From Nitrososphaeria archaeon (GTDB taxonomy: Archaea; Thermoproteota; Nitrososphaeria; JACIWG01): a stretch of 64,000 bases of DNA. Of this stretch, positions 1-9,758 are shown in pieces. Numbering within the stretch: position 1 is the first letter of the stretch; each line of letters begins with the position of its first letter. A model generated the notes under the pieces. It searched no databases. It was given only the letters and a program-made list of their open reading frames with translations, and was not told where the DNA came from. The position numbers and the translations under genes are program-made. Location: the NCBI GenBank assembly GCA_026413865.1, contig JAOAKB010000001.1, positions 69,624 to 133,623 of the forward strand, in the 5' to 3' direction.

Positions 1-1
1 A

Positions 2-955
2 AATATAGAGGGGGTAGGACCCACTACTAGAGACAAATTTTATGCTGCAGGAATATATGATATAAAACAGATACTCACATTCAGCCCCCAAGACCTAGTT
101 GAAATTTTGGGAATAAGTTATGATAAGGCTGTAGAAATTTCGAACAAGGCTAGAAAAAAGTTGACAGAATTAGGTTTAATGGAAAGCACATTTTCAGCAG
201 CAAGTGAAGTGCTTAAAAGAAGGCTTACGATAGACAGGATAACTACAGGATCAAACAATCTAGACAGCCTACTTGGTGGAGGTATAGAGGTTGGAGCACT
301 AACAGAATTTTATGGAGAATTTGGAAGTGGGAAGACACAAATATGCCACACACTTTGTGTTACAGTACAACTTCCAAAAGAGAAAAAGGGACTTGATGCG
401 GGAGCAGTATACATAGATACAGAAAACACTTTTAGACCAGAAAGAATAGAGACGATAGCAAAAGCTAGAGGATTAAACCCAGAAAATGTTTTAAAAAGAA
501 TATTTGTTGGAAAAGTGTATAACGCAAGCCACCAAGAACTATTAACAAGAGAAATACCAAATTATATAGAAAGAGAAAATTGCAGGCTTGTAATAGTTGA
601 TTCGGCAATGACACACTTTAGAGCAGAATATGTTGGAAGATCAATGCTGTCAGAAAGACAGCAAAAACTTAACAGATACCTTCACACACTATTAAGGCTC
701 GCAGAAATATATAAGGTAGCAGTCGTTATAACAAACCAAGTTCAAGCAGCACCAGACGTTTTCTTCGGAGACCCAACTAAAGCATCAGGAGGACATGTAA
801 TGGCACATGCAAGTACATACAGAATATATTTAAGAAAATCTGGAAAGAATAGGATAGCAAGAATAGTGGACAGCCCATACCATGCAGAAGCTGACGCGAT
901 ATTTACACTAACAGATGCAGGAATAGGGGATCCAGAAGAGAACACTAAAAAGTAG
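2..955 (+). CDS. radA: DNA repair/recombination protein RadA (5' end cut by window edge)
   Basis: The frame is open from nt 2. Residues upstream of the tracked ORF (NIEGVGPTTRDKFYAAGIYDIKQILTFSPQDLVEILGIS) look like the RadA N-terminal helix-hairpin-helix domain. Walker A GEFGSGKTQ and Walker B-like RLVIVDS are present, with RadA/Rad51 core length. Confidence 0.93.
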   Translation, partial: NIEGVGPTTRDKFYAAGIYDIKQILTFSPQDLVEILGISYDKAVEISNKARKKLTELGLMESTFSAASEVLKRRLTIDRITTGSNNLDSLLGGGIEVGALTEFYGEFGSGKTQICHTLCVTVQLPKEKKGLDAGAVYIDTENTFRPERIETIAKARGLNPENVLKRIFVGKVYNASHQELLTREIPNYIERENCRLVIVDSAMTHFRAEYVGRSMLSERQQKLNRYLHTLLRLAEIYKVAVVITNQVQAAPDVFFGDPTKASGGHVMAHASTYRIYLRKSGKNRIARIVDSPYHAEADAIFTLTDAGIGDPEENTKK

Positions 956-1009
956 CATTTAACAATGTAGCAATATTATATATATAGACTATATTATGTA
1001 GGTTATGGT

Positions 1010-3673
1010 ATGGTAAGAAAGGCTATAGCTTTAACCATACTTATTACAATAATATTGTCAACATCACCATTAACATCATATGCAGAACAATCCAAAGAAT
1101 ATTATGAGAACATCACATTATATGTTATTGGAAAAAATGTTCTAATAAGATATAATTTTACTGGAACAAATATTGGAATAATAGACCCACAATTTTTAAG
1201 AGAAAAATTTTCTGGCATAGATTATTTTAGATTCTATATAAGCCAATTTGACATGTCTTCCACAGAAATCACATACTTTAACGGACTAGGATACAATATA
1301 CTTTTATGCAACAGCACAGTTCCAAACATAGCGACATTATACATTCACTCAAAAACATTCCAGGAAGCAAACAAGTTTGCAGAGGAAATTGAAAACCTTA
1401 CAGGCCTATCATTCATTTCTTATGGAAAAGATGGTGAAATGTTCGTATTTATTTCACCAGCTTCATTTACGGACGTTCTAGAAAATTTTGTATGGCAAAC
1501 AGTCCCAATATCATATGGTGGATTCACACACTTACTAAACAAAAAGGACATACTTTCTTCAAAAATAAAAGAATTTGGTGTTATAGGAAAATTTGTGGAT
1601 GGAAGACTCTATCAGAGTATAGTAGTTAATATATTAAAGACAAACATTTATTCTGGAAACATGCTTAGAAGTGGACTAGACATCTTTCTCATAACTAGAG
1701 TAAATAGTTCAACCGATTCTAAGTTAAGCAGTCTAAAGATAATATCCTATGGACAAGTTATAGAAAAAAGTGATACAGGATATGTTAGAAGTAAAATTGA
1801 CAAAAAAGTGTCCGAACTTACTCTAACTATTCCAGGAAATAATGTTTTACACTTTCCAAACATAACATTATCCATAGGCACACCAAGCATTATAGTACAA
1901 AGAGAAATTTCAAAAACAGCCCTAAAATTTGGTGAAGAATTTGAGGTTCAGATAAAAATAAGGAATGTGGGAACATATGATGCAGAAGACATAAACTTTG
2001 AAGATAGATGGTGGATCGAGAATGGTAAGTTTACACTTACAGTAGGAAAATATTCTGACAAGATAAGTAGGCTGGGTCCAGGAGAAAACTATACTACAGT
2101 TTATAGGTTAAAAGTTCAATCAAAGGATACAGATAGCATATATGTTAAACCATTAGAAACAATATACTTTTGGAATGTTGCAGGAGAAAAAGTAAGCTTC
2201 AGATCTTACTCAAATGACGCACATGTTCTCTTGAACCAGGATGCAGCATCAGTATATGTTCTCGCTACAACATCCTCTTCAAAAGTAAACTTTGGAACAG
2301 GAAGAGAAACTGTTCTTGAAATAAAGAATAAAGGTAGTTTAACAGCCTTCGATATAGTAGTAGGTGGAGAAAAGATAGCGAACTTACTTCCTCAAGAAAG
2401 TGTAAAAAGGATATTAAGGTTTGACTTAGATAATGTAAGCCAACCTTTTAAAGAAGAAGTTATACGATGCCAATGGAATGATGGAAAAGAGATAAAAAGT
2501 TCAGTATCAAACAACATTATGTTAACAAACACTTACGGTAAAGTGGGAATCACAATATTAAGCTTAGAAAAGGAGGTTAAACAAATTTCTTTAAAAGATA
2601 AGATATTATTAAATCTAACATTGTATTTAAAAAGTTTTGGGGCAAAAGATGCATACAATATTACTATTTTAGAAAAAGTTCCAAAAGGATTAAAATATGT
2701 TAATGGAACCTTTACTTTAAAAGAGGAAAAAATATATCTTTTTGAAGGAAGAATAGCTGCAAATAGTTCAAAAACATACACATATCTTCTCGAGGTAGAA
2801 GACTACAGCAAAAATTATGTTCTAGAGCCAGCCTATGCAGAATATATTGTTGGTAGCCAAAAATATGCTAGCTTAAGTACACTAGAAGGAATTCCAATAG
2901 GATTAAAGATAATAATATATTTGGAAGATACCGAGGTCTTCCAAAACTATAATGTTAGTGGATATTATGCCATAAACAATTTTGGAGACAAAGGTATATA
3001 CAGAGTTTCAGCCCAACTCGTTTACGGCAAACCATTAAACATAACAACGGCAAGTTCAATAAACAAGACAATAATAAAATCAGGTTCACAGGAAAAAGTA
3101 TTTTTTACTGTAAATGGAAGAGAAGTTGGCTTAAACAACAGTATTTTTGTGAAAACAAAATATTTCTTTGGAGGAAAACAGTATATAGTAAATTCGACCA
3201 AAAAATACATTAATGTATATCATCTTCCAAAAATAGCGTTTTCAACTGAAGGAGATACTATCGAAGGTAAACCCTTTGAAATTAAGATAATTATAAAAAA
3301 TGATACACCGTTAAAGATTGAGAAAGTACAATTTAATATCACAGTACCAGCACAAATTAAAATTGTAGAAAACCTTTCACCATCTACAGCAAAGATTATA
3401 GAAAATATTGTTAAAGCAGAAATTGGAGCACTTGAAGGTGGAAGGGAAGAAATCATAGTTTTAAAAATGCTTAGCAGTAGTGCAAGAGAATATACCATAA
3501 GCACTTCAGAAATACTATTCAACTATAAAGGAGAAGTTCTTAAGACGGAACCACAGACAATTATATTAAGAGTTTCAGACGATCTAGTTTCAAGATACAT
3601 TATACCGCTTATAATAACAATTATAATAATGATAATTGGAAAGATAGCAATAGGAATTGTTAAAAAGAGATAA
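1010..3673 (+). CDS. Large secreted/surface protein with a signal peptide, repeated beta-sandwich (CARDB/DUF11-like) modules and a C-terminal TM anchor; possible S-layer or adhesin glycoprotein
   Basis: Signal-like N-terminus MVRKAIALTILITIILSTSPLTSYA|EQ. The C-terminus YIIPLIITIIIMIIGKIAIGIVKKR is a single TM helix with a basic tail. Roughly twenty N-x-S/T sequons by eye. Recurring segments FEVQIKIRNVGTYDAEDINF, ETVLEIKNKGSLTAFDIVV and PFEIKIIIKNDTPLKIEKVQF resemble CARDB-type Ig-like domains. Confidence 0.5.
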   Translation: MVRKAIALTILITIILSTSPLTSYAEQSKEYYENITLYVIGKNVLIRYNFTGTNIGIIDPQFLREKFSGIDYFRFYISQFDMSSTEITYFNGLGYNILLCNSTVPNIATLYIHSKTFQEANKFAEEIENLTGLSFISYGKDGEMFVFISPASFTDVLENFVWQTVPISYGGFTHLLNKKDILSSKIKEFGVIGKFVDGRLYQSIVVNILKTNIYSGNMLRSGLDIFLITRVNSSTDSKLSSLKIISYGQVIEKSDTGYVRSKIDKKVSELTLTIPGNNVLHFPNITLSIGTPSIIVQREISKTALKFGEEFEVQIKIRNVGTYDAEDINFEDRWWIENGKFTLTVGKYSDKISRLGPGENYTTVYRLKVQSKDTDSIYVKPLETIYFWNVAGEKVSFRSYSNDAHVLLNQDAASVYVLATTSSSKVNFGTGRETVLEIKNKGSLTAFDIVVGGEKIANLLPQESVKRILRFDLDNVSQPFKEEVIRCQWNDGKEIKSSVSNNIMLTNTYGKVGITILSLEKEVKQISLKDKILLNLTLYLKSFGAKDAYNITILEKVPKGLKYVNGTFTLKEEKIYLFEGRIAANSSKTYTYLLEVEDYSKNYVLEPAYAEYIVGSQKYASLSTLEGIPIGLKIIIYLEDTEVFQNYNVSGYYAINNFGDKGIYRVSAQLVYGKPLNITTASSINKTIIKSGSQEKVFFTVNGREVGLNNSIFVKTKYFFGGKQYIVNSTKKYINVYHLPKIAFSTEGDTIEGKPFEIKIIIKNDTPLKIEKVQFNITVPAQIKIVENLSPSTAKIIENIVKAEIGALEGGREEIIVLKMLSSSAREYTISTSEILFNYKGEVLKTEPQTIILRVSDDLVSRYIIPLIITIIIMIIGKIAIGIVKKR

Positions 3674-3675
3674 AA

Positions 3676-5136
3676 TTATGCACGTTTAAGTGGAACAGAG
3701 AAGGTTTCTTCAATTTTTGGCCTATGAATTGTATTCATGCTACAGAAGGGAATTATTCGCCCATCAGGAACAACATAGTGTATTCCACATCTTTCAACCC
3801 GTTCAAGGTCAAAATTATATGGGTCCATAAAATGCATGTCACCAACCATAACAATTTTTCTCATAAACTTGCCAAGTGAATGGTATGAGCCATTAGAAAG
3901 GAAAGCACTAACCAAAGATGACAGTGTACCCAAACTCACATGCCTTAAAGCAGCTGCAGCCTTAAGCTTACCCCTAGTCTTCTTTCCAGAAGACATTGTT
4001 TCAGCAGCACTCGATAATGCTTCAACAAACTTTTCAACATTAGCATACTTAGTTATTGGAGCATAATCGTTCTTTTCCTTATCAATAACAAGAAAAGTTG
4101 CAGCACCACAGTTCTGATGAACAGTAAAAGTTGGCTGTTGCACACCCTTTATGCCAGCTAAAAAGTCAGAGATAGGTGCCACAAATGGAATAGGATACCA
4201 ATCCTCCATTTTTATCTTACCATTAGTCTGTTTTTCCGCATAATTAATTACATCAGAAGTAGTAATCCTATATTCGAGAAGCTTTGAGGTATCTATTCTA
4301 CCAGCAAATGATACTGGCTGAAAGTTTACACATCTAACAACATCACTATTTTTTACACCAAACTCTATAAGCGCTCCAATTTCATTATCATTTATACCCT
4401 TAACTACAGTTGGAACAAGAACAAGACTTTCATGCCCAAGAGACCTTAGATTTTCTATTGCCTTAAGTTTAATGTCAAGCAAATCAGCACCCTTCATTTT
4501 AATATATGCTTCCCTATTCAGACTATCAAAAGATAGGTAGAAGGTGCTAACACCTGCTTCAATCAATTCCTTCAAATACTCTATATCCCTAGCAATACGT
4601 ACACCATTAGTATTCACTTCAACATGCTTTATTCCAATCTTTTTAGCGTATCTTATAATTTCAGGAAGATCATCCCTTAGAGTAGGTTCCCCGCCGCTCA
4701 ATTGCACAGCATAAGTTGGAACAGGCTTATTGTTGCGCAAATTATCTAACATTTCTTTTACCTTTTCAAGAGAAGGCTGATAAAGGTATCCGACTGCAGC
4801 AGCATTCGCGAAACATATTGGGCAACGAAGATTACATGCGTTTGTAACATCCACTATACCTAGTATGGTATGAGTTTTATGCTCATCACATATACCACAA
4901 TCAAATGGGCAGCCGATAGCTCTTCTTGTTCTAGGATTTTCTAATCCACGCCCAAGACGCTCATATTGTTGGACACGCTTATACCACCTATAATCTGACA
5001 TATATATGTCCTTAAAATCACCATGCTCCACACAACTTTTTCTCATATAAACAATATTATCTTCAACATATATTTCTGCTGGAATCACCTTATAACATAC
5101 TGGACAAAGACTCCTTGTATACTTAATATGCTCCAA
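3676..5136 (-). CDS. Radical SAM protein, probable tetraether lipid synthase (Tes / GDGT-MAS family)
   Basis: Radical SAM motif CNLRCPICF (CxxxCxxC). N-terminal rubredoxin-like Cys pairs (CPVCYK...CVEHG) and a second Cys cluster CPFDCGICDEH. The ~490 aa size and architecture match my recollection of the archaeal Tes family. Confidence 0.55.
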   Translation of the reverse strand: MEHIKYTRSLCPVCYKVIPAEIYVEDNIVYMRKSCVEHGDFKDIYMSDYRWYKRVQQYERLGRGLENPRTRRAIGCPFDCGICDEHKTHTILGIVDVTNACNLRCPICFANAAAVGYLYQPSLEKVKEMLDNLRNNKPVPTYAVQLSGGEPTLRDDLPEIIRYAKKIGIKHVEVNTNGVRIARDIEYLKELIEAGVSTFYLSFDSLNREAYIKMKGADLLDIKLKAIENLRSLGHESLVLVPTVVKGINDNEIGALIEFGVKNSDVVRCVNFQPVSFAGRIDTSKLLEYRITTSDVINYAEKQTNGKIKMEDWYPIPFVAPISDFLAGIKGVQQPTFTVHQNCGAATFLVIDKEKNDYAPITKYANVEKFVEALSSAAETMSSGKKTRGKLKAAAALRHVSLGTLSSLVSAFLSNGSYHSLGKFMRKIVMVGDMHFMDPYNFDLERVERCGIHYVVPDGRIIPFCSMNTIHRPKIEETFSVPLKRA

Positions 5137-5237
5137 ACCACATCATCAAAAGTGAGAAAGTACGTCTATAAAAAAATTATTTTTACATACACTATATTGG
5201 CTAATTAGTAAGAATATTTATATAATAAAATATAAAT

Positions 5238-5978
5238 TTACCATGTAATATTTTTAATTTCTTTAGCACTTTTCTTAATATCATTAGATTCAATTATAGC
5301 CCTCGCTATTATAAGATAATCTGAACCAGCACGAACAGCCTCCTTCGGGTCACCGCCTTGTACAAAAACGCCAGGAGAAAATATTGGAATAGTTTTAACC
5401 TTATCCTTCACATACTTTATGATTGATGGGTTAGTGGCGCCAACAATAAGACCATCAACATTCCATCTAATAGCTCTTTCAATAAAAAGGTCGTACATTT
5501 TTAAAGTTTTACCTTCTATCAAAATATCCAGCCCATAACCTTCAACTGCGCCCCTATGACTCATGTAAGTTAGAGTAAGCACACCCTTGCCCAATAAATG
5601 GGCACTTTCAATACATGGACCTAAAGCTTCTTCAAAACCTACAAATGGATTACATATTACAGCATCAAAACCAATATCCCACAGTATGCTTGTGGCAACA
5701 ATGTTTGTTGAAGAAATGTCATTCAATTTTAAGTCAGCTATAGATATAAGTCCAAAGTTGTGAGCCCTATCAACTATAGCCTTTAATTCTCTGAAACCCA
5801 GAGGTATTATAAGATGAAGATTCACTTTTATACCACATACATCATCTTTAACTTTATCTAATATTTCTAATGCTTTTGTAAGAAGATTTTCTGGCTGATC
5901 AGGCTTTAGGTCAAGGCCTAAAACAATACGACTCCCTTTCTCAATACTAGCTTTTTTTATTCTTTCAGGAAAGGCCAT
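5238..5978 (-). CDS. pyrF: Orotidine 5'-phosphate decarboxylase
   Basis: RIVLGLDLKP, GIKVNLH and IADLKLNDISSTN (the DxKxxDIxxT signature), with C-terminal DYLIIARAI. Size fits archaeal PyrF. Confidence 0.75.
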   Translation of the reverse strand: MAFPERIKKASIEKGSRIVLGLDLKPDQPENLLTKALEILDKVKDDVCGIKVNLHLIIPLGFRELKAIVDRAHNFGLISIADLKLNDISSTNIVATSILWDIGFDAVICNPFVGFEEALGPCIESAHLLGKGVLTLTYMSHRGAVEGYGLDILIEGKTLKMYDLFIERAIRWNVDGLIVGATNPSIIKYVKDKVKTIPIFSPGVFVQGGDPKEAVRAGSDYLIIARAIIESNDIKKSAKEIKNITW

Positions 5979-6613
5979 ATCCTACCACTTCCAACATCAT
6001 ATTTAACCTTTATAATCTTTGCATAAACAAATCCAGATTCTTCAATATTATTAGTATAGTCTAGAAAATTTTTTTCAGAAGAATATTTTATAAAATTTTT
6101 GTCAATAGACTTTGTTTTAACATAATATACTTTTGTAGGAAAAGTATCACCATAACTTAAAATTGTAAACAACACACCTAGTTTATCATTAGAAATATGA
6201 AATAGTGGCAAAACTGATTCTTCATAAAACATTTTATAGGTTGCAACCCTAACAATGCTGCTAACATCCTCTAACTCTACTAGAGAATTCTTTTTGAAAG
6301 GAAAAGTTTTATATCTAAACCAGTTTACTGGAGGATTCTTTAAAAAAATTATTGGAGCATATATGTATGAAGCATTCTGAATTGTGGAAAAAAAGTCAAC
6401 AATCTCTGTACCATACGTATTCTTATATCCAAGATAGGCGCCTATCCTGTCCGTAATAGCATAAATGTAATCTATTTTTTTCTCATCAACCTGATATTGG
6501 ACAAAAATGTGCCAGTATCCACTCTTATTAAATGCGAATACGGGATGGGGAACATGCTCAAACGCACAAACTAGCCTTCCGAAATCTTTGATTGAAGAAA
6601 GTTCAAAGACCAT
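5957..6613 (-). CDS. Hypothetical protein (no recognisable motifs); 3' end overlaps the pyrF start by 22 nt
   Basis: Long ORF, same strand as pyrF and overlapping it. Coding-like composition; no motif recognised. Confidence 0.55.
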   Translation of the reverse strand: MVFELSSIKDFGRLVCAFEHVPHPVFAFNKSGYWHIFVQYQVDEKKIDYIYAITDRIGAYLGYKNTYGTEIVDFFSTIQNASYIYAPIIFLKNPPVNWFRYKTFPFKKNSLVELEDVSSIVRVATYKMFYEESVLPLFHISNDKLGVLFTILSYGDTFPTKVYYVKTKSIDKNFIKYSSEKNFLDYTNNIEESGFVYAKIIKVKYDVGSGRIWPFLKE

Positions 6614-6674
6614 GCTTAGTCATCAATCCTCTACAGAGCCTAATAAAAAATTTTAAAACATTATCAAACACAGA

Positions 6675-7097
6675 ATGCAGAGCATGCAAAGAATACAAAA
6701 AATTTTAGCACATATAAATAGTGCACTTGAGGCTATAAAAAGTTTAGAAAAGAATGTAATCTCAAGAAATTCATTGTTAGAATTTGATAAGCTAATATGG
6801 GAAGCATACAAAAACTGTGAGGCAGCAATATTTTTAATAAAAATAGAAATAAAATCTATTGACGAATTTGATGACTCAAAACTTTTATTTGACCAAAACT
6901 ACATAGACTATAACATATTTGTAGCAGAAGAATGTATCAGCAATGCAATATCAAATATAAGAAATGGAAGACTAAGAGAGGCTTTAAAAGAGCTTAGAAA
7001 TGGCAGAAATATTCTAGCTGAACTTTTCATTCAATCAAGAAAAGAAAAAATTAATAGAATACGAGAAAATTTTAAGCATGAAAAAACTAATGTTTAA
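6675..7097 (+). CDS. Hypothetical all-helical protein
   Basis: 140-aa ORF with heptad-like helical composition and no recognisable catalytic motif. Confidence 0.5.
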   Translation: MQSMQRIQKILAHINSALEAIKSLEKNVISRNSLLEFDKLIWEAYKNCEAAIFLIKIEIKSIDEFDDSKLLFDQNYIDYNIFVAEECISNAISNIRNGRLREALKELRNGRNILAELFIQSRKEKINRIRENFKHEKTNV

Positions 7098-7133
7098 AAA
7101 ACTTTTATGTAATAGATTATCTGGGAAACAGGT

Positions 7134-8354
7134 GTGCCTAATTTGGATAGGAGGTTCTGGATTGCAAAAGAAGATGAAATTAAAAATGCTGAGACAACAG
7201 ACGTATATTTTTCTTATACAAAAAAGGTTTTAGAAAAGTATGGGTTACATAGGAAAGTTATAATGGAAGTTTATGCAAGAAACTTACCTTTTGAAGGAAA
7301 CTGGGGCATACTTTTAGGAGTCCACGATTGTATAAAATTGTTAGAAGGATTACCAGTTAATGTAAAAAGTATGTGCGAAGGCGAAATATTTCAAGTGAAT
7401 CCAAAGTCTATTGTATATGAACCTGTTATGCAAATTGAATGCTATTATGATGATTTCTGCCTATATGAGAATCCTCTATTAGGACTTCTAGCGGAGAATA
7501 CTGGTATAGCATCTAAGGCAGCAAGATATAGGATTATAGCAGGGAACAAGATATTATTTAGTTTCGGTTCAAGGCGAATACATCCAGTACTAGCACCAGC
7601 TTCAGAAAGAGCAATATATATTGCAGGTTTTGATGGAGTTTCAAATATGCTTGCGGCAAAATTGGTTGGAGTAAAACCTGTTGGGACAATGCCTCACGCA
7701 TTGATACAAGTTTTTGAGAGCCAAAAAGATGCATGGAAAGCCTTTGACTCAACATTACCAAAAGATGTACCACGAATAGCTTTAATCGACACATTTTATG
7801 ATGAAAAAGCTGAAGCAATAATGGCTTTAGAAACATTAGGTGAAAAACTTACTGGTGTGAGATTGGACACACCACGTTCTAGAAGAGGGGAATGGCGGAA
7901 GATAATTGAAGAGGTTAGATGGGAGTTAAATGTAAGAGGAGGAAGACATGTTAAGATATTTGTTAGTGGAAGTATAGATGAAAAAATGATTCAAGAGCTT
8001 AGTGATTTAGTGGACGGTTTCGGTATAGGAGCATCAGTCAGCGCGGCACCACCAGTAGATTTTAGTGCAAAAATTGTAGCTATTGAAGTTAATGGAGAAA
8101 TGAAGCCTATTGCTAAAAGGGGAGATATTGGCGGTGCAAAAAACGTTTTCAGAGACTGGGATACATTCACAGACTATATTACGTTGAAAGGAAAGAAACC
8201 GCCTTCAGAAAAATTTACACCATTACTTGAAGATGTTATCATAAATGGAAAAGTAGTTGCAGAATTAGAGGACACAAAAAGTATAAGAGATAAGGTTTTA
8301 AAAAAGATTGCTAGGTTAAGAGAAGTAGAACCAAAGATGGTCTATGAAATATAG
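7134..8354 (+). CDS. pncB: Nicotinate phosphoribosyltransferase
   Basis: N-terminal TDVYFSYTKKVL, central GTMPHALIQ, FVSGSID and GIGASV motifs characteristic of archaeal-type NAPRTase; ~400 aa; GTG start. Confidence 0.8.
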   Translation: MPNLDRRFWIAKEDEIKNAETTDVYFSYTKKVLEKYGLHRKVIMEVYARNLPFEGNWGILLGVHDCIKLLEGLPVNVKSMCEGEIFQVNPKSIVYEPVMQIECYYDDFCLYENPLLGLLAENTGIASKAARYRIIAGNKILFSFGSRRIHPVLAPASERAIYIAGFDGVSNMLAAKLVGVKPVGTMPHALIQVFESQKDAWKAFDSTLPKDVPRIALIDTFYDEKAEAIMALETLGEKLTGVRLDTPRSRRGEWRKIIEEVRWELNVRGGRHVKIFVSGSIDEKMIQELSDLVDGFGIGASVSAAPPVDFSAKIVAIEVNGEMKPIAKRGDIGGAKNVFRDWDTFTDYITLKGKKPPSEKFTPLLEDVIINGKVVAELEDTKSIRDKVLKKIARLREVEPKMVYEI

Positions 8355-8385
8355 ATTATACAAGCTATGATGGTGTGCAAAGGTT

Positions 8386-8925
8386 TTGAAAAAGTTTTTT
8401 GAAATGTCTTTGACAATAGTTTTTGGAGCACTTTATGCTGTTGTAGGATACTTCACATTCTTTGGAATAAATTTTTATGGAGTAAGATTTTGGCCCGCTG
8501 TTGTAATTCCTGCTACAGCTGCAGTCCTATTCGGTGAAAAGGTGGGGGGAACATCAGCAGCATTAGGGATATTTGTTTCAGACGTTCTTTCACATGGAAT
8601 GGCAATATTGAGTCTAACAGTTGGTGTACCATCAAATTTTATCGCATTCTATATTATAGGAAAATTTTGCAGAAAATACAGTTTTAAAAGATATCTTGTT
8701 TCAGCAACATTAGGATTAGGTGTTGGTTCAATTATAATAGGCTTAGGACTATTCTTATGGAGCCAAGCTTTCCCCCTACCATTCAGCACAAACATCACAC
8801 CTCTCGCTCTCGAGGCAATATTTTCTATATCACTCTGGACATTTCTTTCTGAAATACCATTTCTATATATATTAGTACCACCATTGGTTAAGGCAGTAAA
8901 GGGAAGAGTAGGAGGAATGATTTGA
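8386..8925 (+). CDS. Small polytopic membrane protein, ECF-transporter S-component-like (candidate vitamin/pantothenate uptake)
   Basis: 179 aa with about 5-6 hydrophobic helices, Gly/Ala-rich. Its stop overlaps the start of the downstream kinase gene (TGATG). Start uncertain: TTG 8386 or ATG 8404. Confidence 0.4.
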   Translation: MKKFFEMSLTIVFGALYAVVGYFTFFGINFYGVRFWPAVVIPATAAVLFGEKVGGTSAALGIFVSDVLSHGMAILSLTVGVPSNFIAFYIIGKFCRKYSFKRYLVSATLGLGVGSIIIGLGLFLWSQAFPLPFSTNITPLALEAIFSISLWTFLSEIPFLYILVPPLVKAVKGRVGGMI

Positions 8926-9758
8926 TGATTGTAGCGGGACTGGATATTGGTGGAAGCGTTACAAAGGGAGTTCTAATGGATGGAGAGAATATTTTAGCTC
9001 ATTCAGAAGTTCAAGCATCAGATTCGATAACATCAGCATTAGGATGTCTTGGAAGATTATTAGCGGATACGGGCATGAAGATTAGGAACTTAAGTAAAGT
9101 AGCTTTAACCGGTTCAGTAACAAGAAGATTAAAGTTGGACATGATTGAAGTAGATTATAAGATTGTTGATGAAATTGAGGCAATAGGATTGGGTGGACTA
9201 CACCTTTCGGGAAAAAAGGAGGCGATAGTTGTAAGCGTTGGAACAGGTACAGCAATAGTATATGCTAGAAGAAATACAAATGAGAATTATGTTGAACATT
9301 TGGGTGGAACGGGAGTTGGTGGTGGGACAATAGCAGGTTTAGGAAAACTCCTGCTCAAAAAAGAGTATCCCTCAAGCATCTTTAAAGAAGCTTTAGGAGG
9401 AGAACTTTCAAGAGTGAATTTGCAGGTTAAAGATATAGTTGGGGGGCCTATAGGAAGAATTCCAGCAGAAGCGACAGCATCTAATTTTGGGAAAGTGGGG
9501 GACGATACAAGGCCAGAGGACATTGCTTTAGGACTAATAACTATGATTGCTGAAATTGTTGCTACAGTAGCATACTTTGCATCGAAACAGAAAGGGTTAG
9601 AGGAAAATATAATATTTGTTGGAAAACTGCCTTCTCAAGAAATATTTTCAAAGAGGCTGTTAGATACATTATCTATTCTTGGTGGAAGAGCGATTATACC
9701 AAAAAATGCAGAATACGCTACAGCAATAGGTGCGGCAAAGGCCTTAAGAAAAATTTAA
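8922..9758 (+). CDS. Type II pantothenate kinase-like ASKHA ATPase (CoaW / eukaryotic PanK family)
   Basis: Phosphate-1 motif AGLDIGGSVTKG, then VSVGTGTAIVYA, LGGTGVGGGTIAGLGKLLL, EATASNFGKV, NIIFVGKL and C-terminal TAIGAAKAL. This order and spacing matches what I recall for staphylococcal CoaW. The likely start is ATG 8925. Confidence 0.6.
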   Translation: MMIVAGLDIGGSVTKGVLMDGENILAHSEVQASDSITSALGCLGRLLADTGMKIRNLSKVALTGSVTRRLKLDMIEVDYKIVDEIEAIGLGGLHLSGKKEAIVVSVGTGTAIVYARRNTNENYVEHLGGTGVGGGTIAGLGKLLLKKEYPSSIFKEALGGELSRVNLQVKDIVGGPIGRIPAEATASNFGKVGDDTRPEDIALGLITMIAEIVATVAYFASKQKGLEENIIFVGKLPSQEIFSKRLLDTLSILGGRAIIPKNAEYATAIGAAKALRKI

